DNA of 35,430 nucleotides from a virus: UHGV virus genome UHGV-0309502; one strand, 5' to 3'. Shown piece by piece: positions 9,019 to 18,324 of this stretch (position 1 is its first letter; each line of letters starts with the position of its first letter). The notes under the pieces were generated by a model. It saw only the letters and a program-made list of their open reading frames with translations, ran no database searches and was not told where the DNA came from. The position numbers and the translations under genes were made by a program.

Positions 9019-10895
9019 CCAGTAAGAACTTTGCACTGATTACAGCCATGACACAGGCTGAACTGACTCAAAAGGTGAATGAACATCTTGCGAAAGGGTG
9101 GCATCTTCAGGGGGAGACGCGGGTTGCCTACGAACCCGGCACCCCGTGGTATCTAATGCAGGCAATGGTGGACGATGGCACTACAGACATCTCACCTGAT
9201 TCCCCCCAGCACGGCAGCGTGCCGGAGTGGTATTACGTGGTGGTACTTGCTGGTCAATCCAATGCCATGTCATATGGTGATGGAATGCCGCTGCCGGATT
9301 CTTACGATGCGCCCCACCCACGCATTAAGCAACTGGCCCGTCGCAACACAGTGACTCCCGGTGGTAAAGCATGCGCATTTAACGACATCATTCCGGCAGA
9401 CCACTGCCTGCATGATGTTCAGGATATGAGCGCACTGAATCATCCGAAGGCAGACCTGAGCAAAGGGCAGTACGGCTGTGTCGGCCAGGGCTTACATATT
9501 GCCAAAAAACTGCTCCCGTATATCCCGAATAACGCGGGGATCCTGCTGGTACCATGCTGTCGTGGTGGTTCGGCATTCACTCAGGGCGCGGAGGGAACAT
9601 TCAGTACGACCACGGGGACCAGCCAGGATTCGGCGCGCTGGGGTGTGGGTAAACCGTTATATCAGGACCTGATTGCGCGCACTAAAGCTGCATTACAGAA
9701 GAACCCGAAAAATGTGTTGCTGGCGGTGTGCTGGATGCAGGGCGAATTTGACATGAGCGCTGCCACCTACGCACAGCAACCGGACCTGTTCACGGCCATG
9801 CTGAAGCAGTTCCGTACTGACCTTTCCGGATTTAACGCGCAGTGCCATGGCGGCAGTGCTGCAGTTGTACCGTGGATTTGTGGCGACACGACGTATTACT
9901 GGAAAAACACATACGGCACACAGTATGACTCCGTCTACGGCGCGTACAAAAACAGGGAGAGCGACAACGTTTTCTTTGTGCCGTTCATGACCGACGGTAA
10001 CGGCAACAACACGCCCACCAACTTACCGGCAGAAGACCCGGATATTGCTGATGCAGGTTATTACGGCGCGCAATCCCGTAGTAATGGTAATTGGGTATCG
10101 TCAAATCGTCCGACACATTTCAGTTCATGGGCGCGCAGGGGCATTATTTCGGATCGCCTGGCAACCGCTATTCTGAACGCAGTTGGTCGAACCAGCGCCT
10201 TCATCAGCGGTACCGCACCGGAGATTAAACCCTCGCCCGGCGGCGACACTCCATCGGGGCCGTCTGATGGTGACACATCCGTTCGTACAGTCTCCCTGCT
10301 GCCGACAGCCGGAGAGGCTGCTGCGCAGGGCTGGACCATCACCGGCGGCAGTGTTGCGCTGGAAGATGGTGTGTTTAAGGTTACCAAGCAGAGCAATAAA
10401 ACCTGGTCCCTGATGCATCCGGTGGATGACGCAGTCTCCCTGCTGACACGGGGTGGCAGACTGAGCTGTAAGTTTCGACTGTCAGGCGCACTGACCAACA
10501 ACCAGTTCGGTCTGGGAATTTATCTGTATACCGATGTAGCGTTACCTGACGTCGTGGCGATGACCGGGACTGGTAACCCGTTCCTGATGTCGTTCTTCAC
10601 CCAGACCACAGACGGCAAACTGAATCTGATGCATCACAAGAAAGCCGGAAACACAAAGTTGGGCGAGTTCGGGAATTACAGTAACGACTGGCAGACGCTG
10701 GAGCTGGTGTTCACCGCCGGCAGTGCCACGGTTACTCCGAAACTGAATGGAGTGGCTGGCCCGGCATTCCAGGTCATAAAAGACAGTCTGACACTGGGGC
10801 TGAATGCGCTGACGTTAACTGATATCACTAAAAATGCCGCGTACGGCGTCGATATCGGCAGCCTGGTGCTGGAAATCAATAATCCCGCAGCATAA
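9015..10895 (+). CDS. NanS-p-like protein: DUF1737-type N-terminal domain plus sialate O-acetylesterase (SASA/SGNH) domain plus C-terminal beta-rich domain
   Basis: 626 aa; N-terminal LTQKVNEHLAKGWHLQG pattern typical of DUF1737; GQSN motif in VVLAGQSNAMSYGDG as in the SASA catalytic serine motif; ATGA overlap with the o-spanin stop. Confidence 0.55.
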   Translation: MTSKNFALITAMTQAELTQKVNEHLAKGWHLQGETRVAYEPGTPWYLMQAMVDDGTTDISPDSPQHGSVPEWYYVVVLAGQSNAMSYGDGMPLPDSYDAPHPRIKQLARRNTVTPGGKACAFNDIIPADHCLHDVQDMSALNHPKADLSKGQYGCVGQGLHIAKKLLPYIPNNAGILLVPCCRGGSAFTQGAEGTFSTTTGTSQDSARWGVGKPLYQDLIARTKAALQKNPKNVLLAVCWMQGEFDMSAATYAQQPDLFTAMLKQFRTDLSGFNAQCHGGSAAVVPWICGDTTYYWKNTYGTQYDSVYGAYKNRESDNVFFVPFMTDGNGNNTPTNLPAEDPDIADAGYYGAQSRSNGNWVSSNRPTHFSSWARRGIISDRLATAILNAVGRTSAFISGTAPEIKPSPGGDTPSGPSDGDTSVRTVSLLPTAGEAAAQGWTITGGSVALEDGVFKVTKQSNKTWSLMHPVDDAVSLLTRGGRLSCKFRLSGALTNNQFGLGIYLYTDVALPDVVAMTGTGNPFLMSFFTQTTDGKLNLMHHKKAGNTKLGEFGNYSNDWQTLELVFTAGSATVTPKLNGVAGPAFQVIKDSLTLGLNALTLTDITKNAAYGVDIGSLVLEINNPAA

Positions 10896-10918
10896 GGAAG
10901 AGCAGGAGAGCAAAACAG

Positions 10919-11386
10919 ATGCTTAAGACAAACAGTCTGCGAGAGTCCATGCTTCATGGGTGTCGGTGGTGCCAGGCTAATCCCGAGAAATTCACCATTT
11001 TCGTGGAGAGCGGCAACATTGAAACGACCGGAGAAGCGCCCTCGTTTGTTTACCGCTATCAGATGGTGATGTTTGTCATGGATTACGCCGGAGAGCTGGA
11101 CGACCTCACGCTGCCGCTGCTGGCGTGGTTATCCGAAAATCAGCCACAGTTGTTGCTCAATCCGGAGCGTAATCAGGACATCAAATTTTCTGCCGTTATC
11201 AATGACGATGACAGCGCCGATCTCCTGTTTACGCTCCCCCTGCGGGAACGCGTTCGCATCACGCGCAACAGTCAGGGCACACCGCAGGCAGAACACCTGC
11301 CGGAGCCAAAACCCCGTCTGCCCTCTTCCGAAGGCGACTGGTCGCATGTATTCCAGGATGTGACGTGGGGTGAAAGCGATGGATAA
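10919..11386 (+). CDS. R: tail completion protein R, P2 gpR family
   Basis: 155 aa; MLK..SLR N-terminus and LAWL.ENQP motif resemble recalled gpR. Confidence 0.75.
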   Translation: MLKTNSLRESMLHGCRWCQANPEKFTIFVESGNIETTGEAPSFVYRYQMVMFVMDYAGELDDLTLPLLAWLSENQPQLLLNPERNQDIKFSAVINDDDSADLLFTLPLRERVRITRNSQGTPQAEHLPEPKPRLPSSEGDWSHVFQDVTWGESDG

Positions 11387-12014
11387 GGCATTCACCAGCG
11401 TGGATGAAACCTTTGAGGCTATCCGCGACAGCCTGAATCAGCAGGCCATCAATAACATCGCCAGAAAGCTGGCACAGGATTTACGTCGCGCCCAGCAGGC
11501 ACGTATCCGATCACAAAAAGCGCCGGACGGGACCGAATGGACACCACGCAGACGCCGCGTAACCCGGATACAGGAGCGCATTCGCTTTATCTGGAATAAC
11601 GAAGCACGCACGCTGAAAAACTGGCATCACGACACGGGGAAATACGGGCGAACCATTACCGGGTGGGATGAGGATAAAAACAATATCCGCACGTTTTACC
11701 GGGATGACATCGACCGTTTTCTGGAAATACGCACCCGGCGCATCAACCAGGACAGCACAAAGCGCGTCCCCATGTTCGTAAAACTGCGCACCGCCCGCTA
11801 CCTGAAAGCCCGTGCAGATGCCTCCGGTGTGACGGTGGGTTACAGCGGCGTGGCCGCACGTATTGCACGCGTTCATCAGTTCGGTGAGCGCGATCAGGTT
11901 GCGCCGGGCATTTTCACCGATTACCCGGTACGTGAGCTGTTGGGTATCAGCCAGGCAGATGAGCGCCTGATTTATAACACGGTGCTGGGCCGGATTGCGG
12001 AGGCTGTACGGTGA
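11370..12014 (+). CDS. S: tail completion / virion morphogenesis protein S family
   Basis: 214 aa; position between R and V; overlaps R and V ends as in P2 late operons. Confidence 0.65.
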   Translation: MKAMDKAFTSVDETFEAIRDSLNQQAINNIARKLAQDLRRAQQARIRSQKAPDGTEWTPRRRRVTRIQERIRFIWNNEARTLKNWHHDTGKYGRTITGWDEDKNNIRTFYRDDIDRFLEIRTRRINQDSTKRVPMFVKLRTARYLKARADASGVTVGYSGVAARIARVHQFGERDQVAPGIFTDYPVRELLGISQADERLIYNTVLGRIAEAVR

Positions 12015-12592
12015 GCGCAGAACTCATGCGACTGCTGAGCAACATCATCCGCACCGGGATCATCTCTGAAGTTGATGAGAAGTCCTGGCGCGTGCGCGTT
12101 CGCAGCGGCGAACTGGAAACAGGCTGGTTGCGCTGGAACACCACGCGCGCGGGAGCCTTCAATGTGTGGCTGCCGCCATCACCAGGCGAACAGGTGGTAA
12201 TTGCCTGCATTGGCGGCAACCCGGAAACCGCCATGATAATTGGCAGCCTGTGGAGTGATGCCAGTCCGGCCCCCGGCAAAAGCCTGAAAGAAATCGTGGT
12301 CAGCGCGCCGGATGGCGCGGTGTTCCGCTACGACGCAGACGCTGGCGCACTGAGCGCCAGCGGCATGAAAACAGCCACCCTGCAGGCATCCGTCAGCGTG
12401 ACACTGGATACGCCCGTCGTGGAATGCACAAACCTTCTGAGAACAGCGACGCTTGACGTCACAAAAGGGGGAAAGATGTGCGGCAATATCACGCACAGCG
12501 GCGGCAACTTCACCTCAAACGGCATCACAGTGCATACGCATAAACACGGTGGTGTGAAAGGCGGCAGCGATTCGACAGGAGGCCCGCAGTGA
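12011..12592 (+). CDS. V: baseplate spike/assembly protein V
   Basis: 193 aa; ATGA-type coupling with S and W; Gly-rich C-terminus; synteny V-W-J-I. Confidence 0.75.
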   Translation: MSAELMRLLSNIIRTGIISEVDEKSWRVRVRSGELETGWLRWNTTRAGAFNVWLPPSPGEQVVIACIGGNPETAMIIGSLWSDASPAPGKSLKEIVVSAPDGAVFRYDADAGALSASGMKTATLQASVSVTLDTPVVECTNLLRTATLDVTKGGKMCGNITHSGGNFTSNGITVHTHKHGGVKGGSDSTGGPQ

Positions 12593-12939
12593 CAACCCGC
12601 TACACAGGAATGAATCCGGACGGGACGGGAAACCTGAATGATATGGAGCACCTGAAACAGTCAGCCAGGGACATCCTGACCACCCCGCTGGCCAGCCGGG
12701 TTATGCGACGGGAATATGGCAGCCTTGTACCTGATTTGATTGACGAACCCATGAATAACACCACGCGTCTGCAATGCATGAGTGCTGCCGTGATTGCGCT
12801 GACACGATGGGAACCCCGCATTGCCCTGGACGCCATCGACGTTGTCTGGAAAGCGGGAGGCCGCGCCGGGGTGACGCTGTCGGGCACTGTCATGCAGACC
12901 ATGCAGAATGTTGAGTTAACCATCACGCTGAGGGAGTAA
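12589..12939 (+). CDS. W: baseplate wedge protein W (GPW/gp25 family)
   Basis: 116 aa; synteny and size. Confidence 0.75.
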   Translation: MTTRYTGMNPDGTGNLNDMEHLKQSARDILTTPLASRVMRREYGSLVPDLIDEPMNNTTRLQCMSAAVIALTRWEPRIALDAIDVVWKAGGRAGVTLSGTVMQTMQNVELTITLRE

Positions 12940-12942
12940 ATC

Positions 12943-13839
12943 ATGCCTGCTGTTGACCTTTCCCAGTTACCGGAACCCGCCATCATCGCGAAGCCTGATT
13001 TTGAGGCAATTCTGGCTGACACAAAGGCCATGATGATTGCGTCCTATCCTGCCGAACAGCGTGAAGCCGTCTCCGCCGCGCTGGAGCTGGAATCGGAACC
13101 CCTGAACGTTATCGCCCAGACAACAGCGTTTCGTGAAATGCTGTTACGCCAGCGGGTCAATGAGGGTGCACGCGCCTGCATGTTAAGCCACAGCGCCGGG
13201 ACAGACCTGGACAACCTCGCGGGCAATATGAACACAAAGCGCCTGGTTATCACTCCGGCAACGGATACCACCGACGCGGTGATGGAAAGCGACACATCGC
13301 TGAGACTGCGGGCGCAACGGGCGTATGACGGTCTGAGTGTTGCTGGCCCGTCAGGCGCATACGAGTATTTTGCACGCAGCGCCAGCGGTCTGGTACGCGA
13401 CGCGCGAGCCATCAGCCCGTCTCCGGCCAACGTGACGGTTTCCATCCTGTCCACTGAAGGCGACGGCACAGCAACGGAGGCGTTGCTTAATACCGTTCGC
13501 GCCGTTCTGAATGCAGAGGATACCCGCCCGGTGGCCGACCGCCTGACCGTACAGAGCGCCAGAATCGTGACATGGCGGCTGAATGCAAAACTGTACTTTT
13601 ACCCCGGCCCGGAATCCGAACCTATTCTGGCCGCGGCTGAATCGTCGTTCAGGAAGTGGCTGGCTGAGCAGGGGCTTATCGGTCAGGACGTGGCGTTGTC
13701 CGCCATTGCTGCCGCACTGCATGTGCACGGTGTGCAACGCGTGGAGATAATCGAACCCACACAGAATATGGCCATCAGCGACATACAGGCGGCGCGCTGT
13801 GAGTCATTCACCATCAGCGAAGGTGGACGCAATGAGTAA
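12943..13839 (+). CDS. J: baseplate protein J
   Basis: 298 aa; synteny and size. Confidence 0.8.
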   Translation: MPAVDLSQLPEPAIIAKPDFEAILADTKAMMIASYPAEQREAVSAALELESEPLNVIAQTTAFREMLLRQRVNEGARACMLSHSAGTDLDNLAGNMNTKRLVITPATDTTDAVMESDTSLRLRAQRAYDGLSVAGPSGAYEYFARSASGLVRDARAISPSPANVTVSILSTEGDGTATEALLNTVRAVLNAEDTRPVADRLTVQSARIVTWRLNAKLYFYPGPESEPILAAAESSFRKWLAEQGLIGQDVALSAIAAALHVHGVQRVEIIEPTQNMAISDIQAARCESFTISEGGRNE

Positions 13840-14440
13840 TTCGTTGTTACCACCATCAGCCAGCAATTTCATGCGTTGTGCCGAAGCCGTCGGAACACGC
13901 ATTACAGACATTCCGGTAGACCTCAACACGCTGTGGTCGCCGGACACCTGCCCGGTGCATCTGCTGCCTTATCTCGCCTGGGCGTTTTCCGTTGACCGCT
14001 GGGATCGCAACTGGCCGGAAGAGACAAAGCGACAGGTGATTCGTGATGCATGGCTGATACACCGACACAAAGGGACCATCAGCGCACTGCGAAGAGCCGT
14101 GGAGCCTCTCGGCTACCTGATTGAAGTAAAGGAGTGGTGGCAACTCAACGAGGAGCCGGGAACATTTCGCATTGTTGTCGGAGTACTTGATCAGGGCATC
14201 ACCGATGAAATGTATCAGGAACTTGAGCGCCTTATTGCGGATGCAAAACCAGTAAGTCGCCATCTGACGGGGCTGGCGATCAGCCTGAGTGTGAACGGAA
14301 AGATTTTCGTTGGTACGGGATGCTATCACGGCGATGCCCTGACGGTTTATCCCTACACCCCGGAGTCCATTATTGTCGAAGGGGATTATTTCCCTGCCCC
14401 GGCCATTCATTTAATTGATAATCTGAGAGTAAACGCATGA
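13832..14440 (+). CDS. I: baseplate/tail protein I
   Basis: ORF frame 13799..14440; ATG at 13832 overlaps the J stop; MSNSLLPP... and WSPDTCPVHLLPYLAWAFSVDRWD resemble recalled gpI. Confidence 0.8.
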   Translation: MSNSLLPPSASNFMRCAEAVGTRITDIPVDLNTLWSPDTCPVHLLPYLAWAFSVDRWDRNWPEETKRQVIRDAWLIHRHKGTISALRRAVEPLGYLIEVKEWWQLNEEPGTFRIVVGVLDQGITDEMYQELERLIADAKPVSRHLTGLAISLSVNGKIFVGTGCYHGDALTVYPYTPESIIVEGDYFPAPAIHLIDNLRVNA

Positions 14441-15993
14441 CAGTGAAATACTACGCCATTCTGACTAATCAGGGCGCGGCACGACTGGCTAACGCGACGA
14501 TGCTCGGCAGTAAGCTGAATCTGACGCGAATGGCCGTTGGTGATGCAAATGGTGTGTTACCAACACCAGACCCTGCACAAACAAAACTGATTAACCAGAA
14601 ACGCATTGCACCGCTGAATCTTCTGAGTGTTGACCCTAACAATCAGAGCCAGATTATTGCGGAGCAAATCATCCCTGAAAGCGAGGGTGGATTCTGGATC
14701 CGTGAGATTGGTCTTTATGATGATAAAGGTGTACTCATTGCGGTGGCAAACTGCCCGGAAACGTACAAACCGCAGTTGCAGGAAGGCAGTGGACGCACCC
14801 AGACTATCCGCATGATTCTGGTTGTCACGAACACCGAAGCCATCACGCTGAAAATCGACCCGTCTGTGGTTCTGGCAACCCGCAAATATGTGGATGATAA
14901 AATCTCAAAGCACGAGCAGTCACGACGTCACCCGGACGCCTCGCTGACCGCAAAAGGCTTTGTTCAACTTAGCAGTGCCACGGACAGTCAATCAGAAACT
15001 GAGGCTGCCACGCCGAAGGCTGTGAAAATCGCGTATGATCTGGCCTGGGGAAAATACACAGCCCAGGATGCAACAACGACCCGTAAAGGGATCGTACAAC
15101 TGAGCAGTGCCACCAACAGCACCTCTGAAACGCTGGCCGCCACACCAAAAGCCGTCAAGGCGGCATACGACCTTGCAGCCGGCAAGGCCCCCGTCAGCCA
15201 CACTCACCCATGGAGTCAGATAACGGGAGTGCCTGCTGCCTCGCTGACGGCAAAAGGCACCGTACAACTGAGCAGTGCCATCAACAGCACGTCTGAAATA
15301 CTGGCCGCCACACCGAAAGCGGTCAAGGATGCATACGATCTGGCAAACGGAAAACAACCGGCAGATGCCACGCTCACTGCTCTGGCAGGACTTGCCACTG
15401 CAGCAGATCGGTTGCCTTATTTTACCGGAGCAGACCGCGCAGCGCTGGCAACCCTTACAGCTATTGGTCGCGCTATTATCGCTAAGGGCAGTATAAAAGA
15501 TGTCCTCAATTACCTTGGTTTGGGGGAAGGCTCTGCATTGCCTGTTGGTGTACCGGTTCCATGGCCCACCGCCACACCGCCAGCAGGCTGGTTACAGTGC
15601 AACGGAGCTACGTTCACCAAAGAACAATATCCTGTTCTGGCCAGAGTCTACCCGACCCTCCGTCTTCCCGATTTACGCGGTGAGTTTATCCGTGGATGGG
15701 ACGACGGGCGCAAGATTGACGAGGGGCGTAAGTTGCTTTCATGGCAGAAAGGTACACTGGTCGGCGGTCATGACGATAACGATTCTGCGCTTGATATCTC
15801 GTACATGAGTAACGGAAATAATATTGACTATGGCGGCGATAAGGTGTTTGCGGGGAATTACCGTAGCGATTATTTGTGGTACGCAATACTGGGTGGAACA
15901 AACAGTCGCGCAAAAGCCGAATTAAACGGAGCATTCTTTAACATAACCCGCCCCCGCAATATCGCGTTTAACTATATCGTGAGGGCGGCGTGA
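14437..15993 (+). CDS. H: tail fibre protein H (constant N-terminal part plus currently attached variable C-terminal cassette)
   Basis: 518 aa; ATGA overlap with I; conserved N-terminus; three tail-fibre repeats; C-terminal cassette lies inside the invertible segment. Confidence 0.85.
   Translation: MTVKYYAILTNQGAARLANATMLGSKLNLTRMAVGDANGVLPTPDPAQTKLINQKRIAPLNLLSVDPNNQSQIIAEQIIPESEGGFWIREIGLYDDKGVLIAVANCPETYKPQLQEGSGRTQTIRMILVVTNTEAITLKIDPSVVLATRKYVDDKISKHEQSRRHPDASLTAKGFVQLSSATDSQSETEAATPKAVKIAYDLAWGKYTAQDATTTRKGIVQLSSATNSTSETLAATPKAVKAAYDLAAGKAPVSHTHPWSQITGVPAASLTAKGTVQLSSAINSTSEILAATPKAVKDAYDLANGKQPADATLTALAGLATAADRLPYFTGADRAALATLTAIGRAIIAKGSIKDVLNYLGLGEGSALPVGVPVPWPTATPPAGWLQCNGATFTKEQYPVLARVYPTLRLPDLRGEFIRGWDDGRKIDEGRKLLSWQKGTLVGGHDDNDSALDISYMSNGNNIDYGGDKVFAGNYRSDYLWYAILGGTNSRAKAELNGAFFNITRPRNIAFNYIVRAA
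14938..15357 (+). repeat. three tandem phage tail-fibre repeats inside H
   Basis: Peptide repeats T[AR]KG.VQLSSA..S.SE..AATPKAVK.AYDLA occur three times; the underlying DNA copies are clearly related. Confidence 0.8.
15503..15528 (-). other. gix/hix/cix-like 26-bp recombination site (left end of invertible segment)
   Basis: Minus-strand reading TTCCCCCAAACC-AA-GGTAATTGAGGA; compare recalled gix TTCCTGTAAACC-GA-GGTTTTGGATAA; inner half-site is identical to that of the right site. Confidence 0.55.
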
Positions 15994-15999
15994 TACCGT

Positions 16000-16614
16000 T
16001 CAACTGGCAAGTGCCAGTGGCGCTTCCGGCCAGCTGATTTCAGGTGCCGTGCTGATATCCAGTGCGTTCAGCTCGTCGATATAATCCAGCACGGCGTTCA
16101 GTTTTGCCGTTTCTTCTGGTGTCAGACTGCGACCAGCACGCAGTTTGAGGTTGATAAGATCGACGGACGCCATCGCCTGTTTCACCCGTTGCTGGCGTTG
16201 CTGTCTGGCAACCTCCAGTTCTGCGGCTCGCTGCCGTTCAGTATCGGTTACCCACGCCTCACCGTTCCAGGTATCCCATGGCGTGGCTGGCTGTTTTGTG
16301 GTGGTGTCCGCCGGGTAATCACCCGGTTGGGTAATCAGAACAGGGTTACCGTTCTCCGTGCTGTATACCGTCTCGCCGCGGTGATCAGGCACATGCTCCC
16401 ACCCGTTCAGCGTGGCAGTCCGGCAAACCACGTAACCCGAAATTGCCTCCGGCGGTGCATCGGCGCACGAATGTGCCGGAGTACCCACCCCAAGGGCGAG
16501 ATACTCCACAGAGGATGAGGTGTATTCCCGGGTTTCCTCGTCATAGTGATATACAGTGATATCGCCCGCTACAGTGGCGATACCGTTTTCATCCAGAACT
16601 GCAGTGTTACTCAT
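16000..16614 (-). CDS. tail fibre assembly chaperone (Tfa family)
   Basis: 204 aa; TAATG-coupled directly downstream of the alternative cassette on the minus strand; typical Tfa C-terminus. Confidence 0.75.
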   Translation of the reverse strand: MSNTAVLDENGIATVAGDITVYHYDEETREYTSSSVEYLALGVGTPAHSCADAPPEAISGYVVCRTATLNGWEHVPDHRGETVYSTENGNPVLITQPGDYPADTTTKQPATPWDTWNGEAWVTDTERQRAAELEVARQQRQQRVKQAMASVDLINLKLRAGRSLTPEETAKLNAVLDYIDELNALDISTAPEISWPEAPLALAS

Positions 16615-17131
16615 TAAACTGCCCTCACAATGTAATTAAGTGCAATGCTACGGGGTCTGACAGTGATACCCTTCGCATACCCGCTTCTGATAGAGGTCAG
16701 AATAGTAGCCTGCATACCATTGTCTGACATTGCCACGACAGGATCGCTGAATGTTGTCCCGTCCGGCATTTTAAAGCTGCCCTCACGAAGGTCTGTAATG
16801 GAATCTTCATTGTTGAATCCCATGCCGACTATCCCCGAGGTTCCCGTAGTGTCCTGGTTATAATAATCCAGCATTGCTGTTCTTAACAGCGTTGCCCCTT
16901 GTGCGGACAGCAACTTACGTCCTGTATCAACTTTGCGCCCGTCGTCCCATCCACGGATAAACTCACCGCGTAAATCGGGAAGACGGAGGGTCGGGTAGGC
17001 TCTGGCCAGAACAGGATATTGTTCTTTTGTAAAGGCGCGCCCGTCGCACTTTAACCAGCCTTCTGGCGGTGTGGCGGTGGGCCACGGAACCGGTACACCA
17101 ACAGGCAATGCAGAGCCTTCCCCCAAACCAA
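16614..17131 (-). CDS. alternative tail-fibre C-terminal cassette (Sv'-like), silent in this orientation
   Basis: Minus-strand frame whose first ~70 codons (GLGEGSALPVGVPVPWPTATPP...DDGRK) nearly duplicate the H segment after the crossover site, then diverges; ORF finder extends it to 17183 but no independent start is expected. Confidence 0.65.
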
Positions 17132-17143
17132 CGTTTTCGTTTT
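17118..17143 (+). other. gix/hix/cix-like 26-bp recombination site (right end of invertible segment)
   Basis: TTCCCCCAAACC-AA-CGTTTTCGTTTT; same inner half-site and central AA as the left site; 55 bp upstream of the invertase start. Confidence 0.55.
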
Positions 17144-17197
17144 TATCCCTACCTATACCAACTCTGTATTTTTCACGAAACAAAGAGGATGTTTTTT

Positions 17198-17797
17198 ATG
17201 CAAATTGGCTATATTCGTGTGTCAACAAACGACCAGAACACGGATTTACAACGCAATGCACTGAACTGCGCAGGATGTGAACTGATTTTTGAAGATAAAA
17301 TCAGCGGAACGAAATCAACCAGACCGGGATTGAAAAAACTGCTCAGAACGCTATCAGAAGGAGATACGCTGGTTGTCTGGAAGCTGGACAGACTGGGCAG
17401 AAGTATGAAACACCTGATCACGCTTATTGAGGAATTGCGGGAAAAAGGTGTTAATTTCCGTAGTCTGACGGACAGCATTGACACGTCAACACCCATGGGG
17501 CGTTTCTTTTTTCACGTCATGGGGGCTTTAGCCGAAATGGAACGTGAATTAATTGTAGAGCGTACACTGGCCGGGCTGGCAGCAGCACGCGCACAAGGAC
17601 GCATTGGCGGACGTCGCCCGAAGTTGACAAAAGAACAACACGAGCAAATAGCGAGGCTGATTAAAAACGGTCATGACAGGAAACAACTGGCGATCATTTA
17701 CGACATCGGCATATCGACGATTTATCGTTATCACCCTGTAGGCGATATACAGGCTGAAGAAACAACCAGACAGACTCAGGAAAATGAAAACCGCTAA
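17198..17797 (+). CDS. serine DNA invertase (Hin/Gin/Cin/Pin family)
   Basis: 199 aa; IGYIRVSTNDQNTDLQRNAL, TLVVWKLDRLGRS, MGRFFFHVMGALAEMERELIVERTLAGLAAARAQGR and C-terminal HTH closely match recalled Hin/Gin. Confidence 0.9.
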   Translation: MQIGYIRVSTNDQNTDLQRNALNCAGCELIFEDKISGTKSTRPGLKKLLRTLSEGDTLVVWKLDRLGRSMKHLITLIEELREKGVNFRSLTDSIDTSTPMGRFFFHVMGALAEMERELIVERTLAGLAAARAQGRIGGRRPKLTKEQHEQIARLIKNGHDRKQLAIIYDIGISTIYRYHPVGDIQAEETTRQTQENENR

Positions 17798-17816
17798 TCT
17801 GACCATTAGCGGTTTT
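17787..17816. terminator. bidirectional terminator hairpin between invertase (+) and tail operon (-)
   Basis: Perfect 12-bp stem AAAACCGCTAAT / ATTAGCGGTTTT with 6-nt loop, overlapping the invertase stop codon. Confidence 0.55.
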
Positions 17817-17823
17817 GCGTTAA

Positions 17824-18318
17824 TCAAAACAGCCCTTTAACGGAGCTGGCCGCGCTGTTAAGAGATGATGTCACTTTATCTTTGAAGCCGGACAGCATAT
17901 CGCTGAACGATGAGGATTGCAGGCGCTCCCGCAAATCCTCATCACAGCGTTCAAGAGTCAGTGAAAATTCTATCTTTTTCGCCTTACCATAGCGATCAAA
18001 CTCGGAACGGGTCGTATTCGTTTCAGTCAGTACATACATGCCGTAAATCTGCCCGACACCATCAATCAGAGGCCAGGGGCGTCCTGTATATGCCTGCGTG
18101 GTCAGCAACGAAAGCGACACTTCGCCACCTGTAATTTCAGGATAAAGCACGCCGGAAAGCACAATGCGATCATCACCTGCGCCGATATACTGCCAGCCTG
18201 CTGAACGGTTAACGCGTTCATTTTTCACATGCCGCCAGCTTTTGTTTTGCTGTAACTGCTGATGCGGCAGCGTGCGCAGCTCAAAAACAAACATGCCGTA
18301 GATCATCATCATGGCCAT
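17824..18318 (-). CDS. U: tail protein U family
   Basis: 164 aa; last gene of the minus-strand tail operon after T; MMIYGMFVFELRTLPHQQ N-terminus resembles recalled gpU. Confidence 0.7.
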   Translation of the reverse strand: MAMMMIYGMFVFELRTLPHQQLQQNKSWRHVKNERVNRSAGWQYIGAGDDRIVLSGVLYPEITGGEVSLSLLTTQAYTGRPWPLIDGVGQIYGMYVLTETNTTRSEFDRYGKAKKIEFSLTLERCDEDLRERLQSSSFSDMLSGFKDKVTSSLNSAASSVKGLF

Positions 18319-18324
18319 GACTCC

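Larger units (their letters stand above)
15516..17131. other. invertible tail-fibre host-range segment (Mu G / P1 C / e14 P-segment analogue), about 1.6 kb
   Basis: Bounded by the two gix-like sites; contains the H variable cassette (+), one tfa gene (-) and an alternative cassette (-); about 200 bp at each inner end are near-identical inverted repeats. Confidence 0.6.

Noticed and set aside
16614-17183. Independent 189-aa gene starting at the ATG at 17183
   Set aside because: Its 5' end duplicates the H region after the crossover site and crosses the gix-like site; it is the silent alternative fibre cassette, expressed only as an H fusion after inversion.
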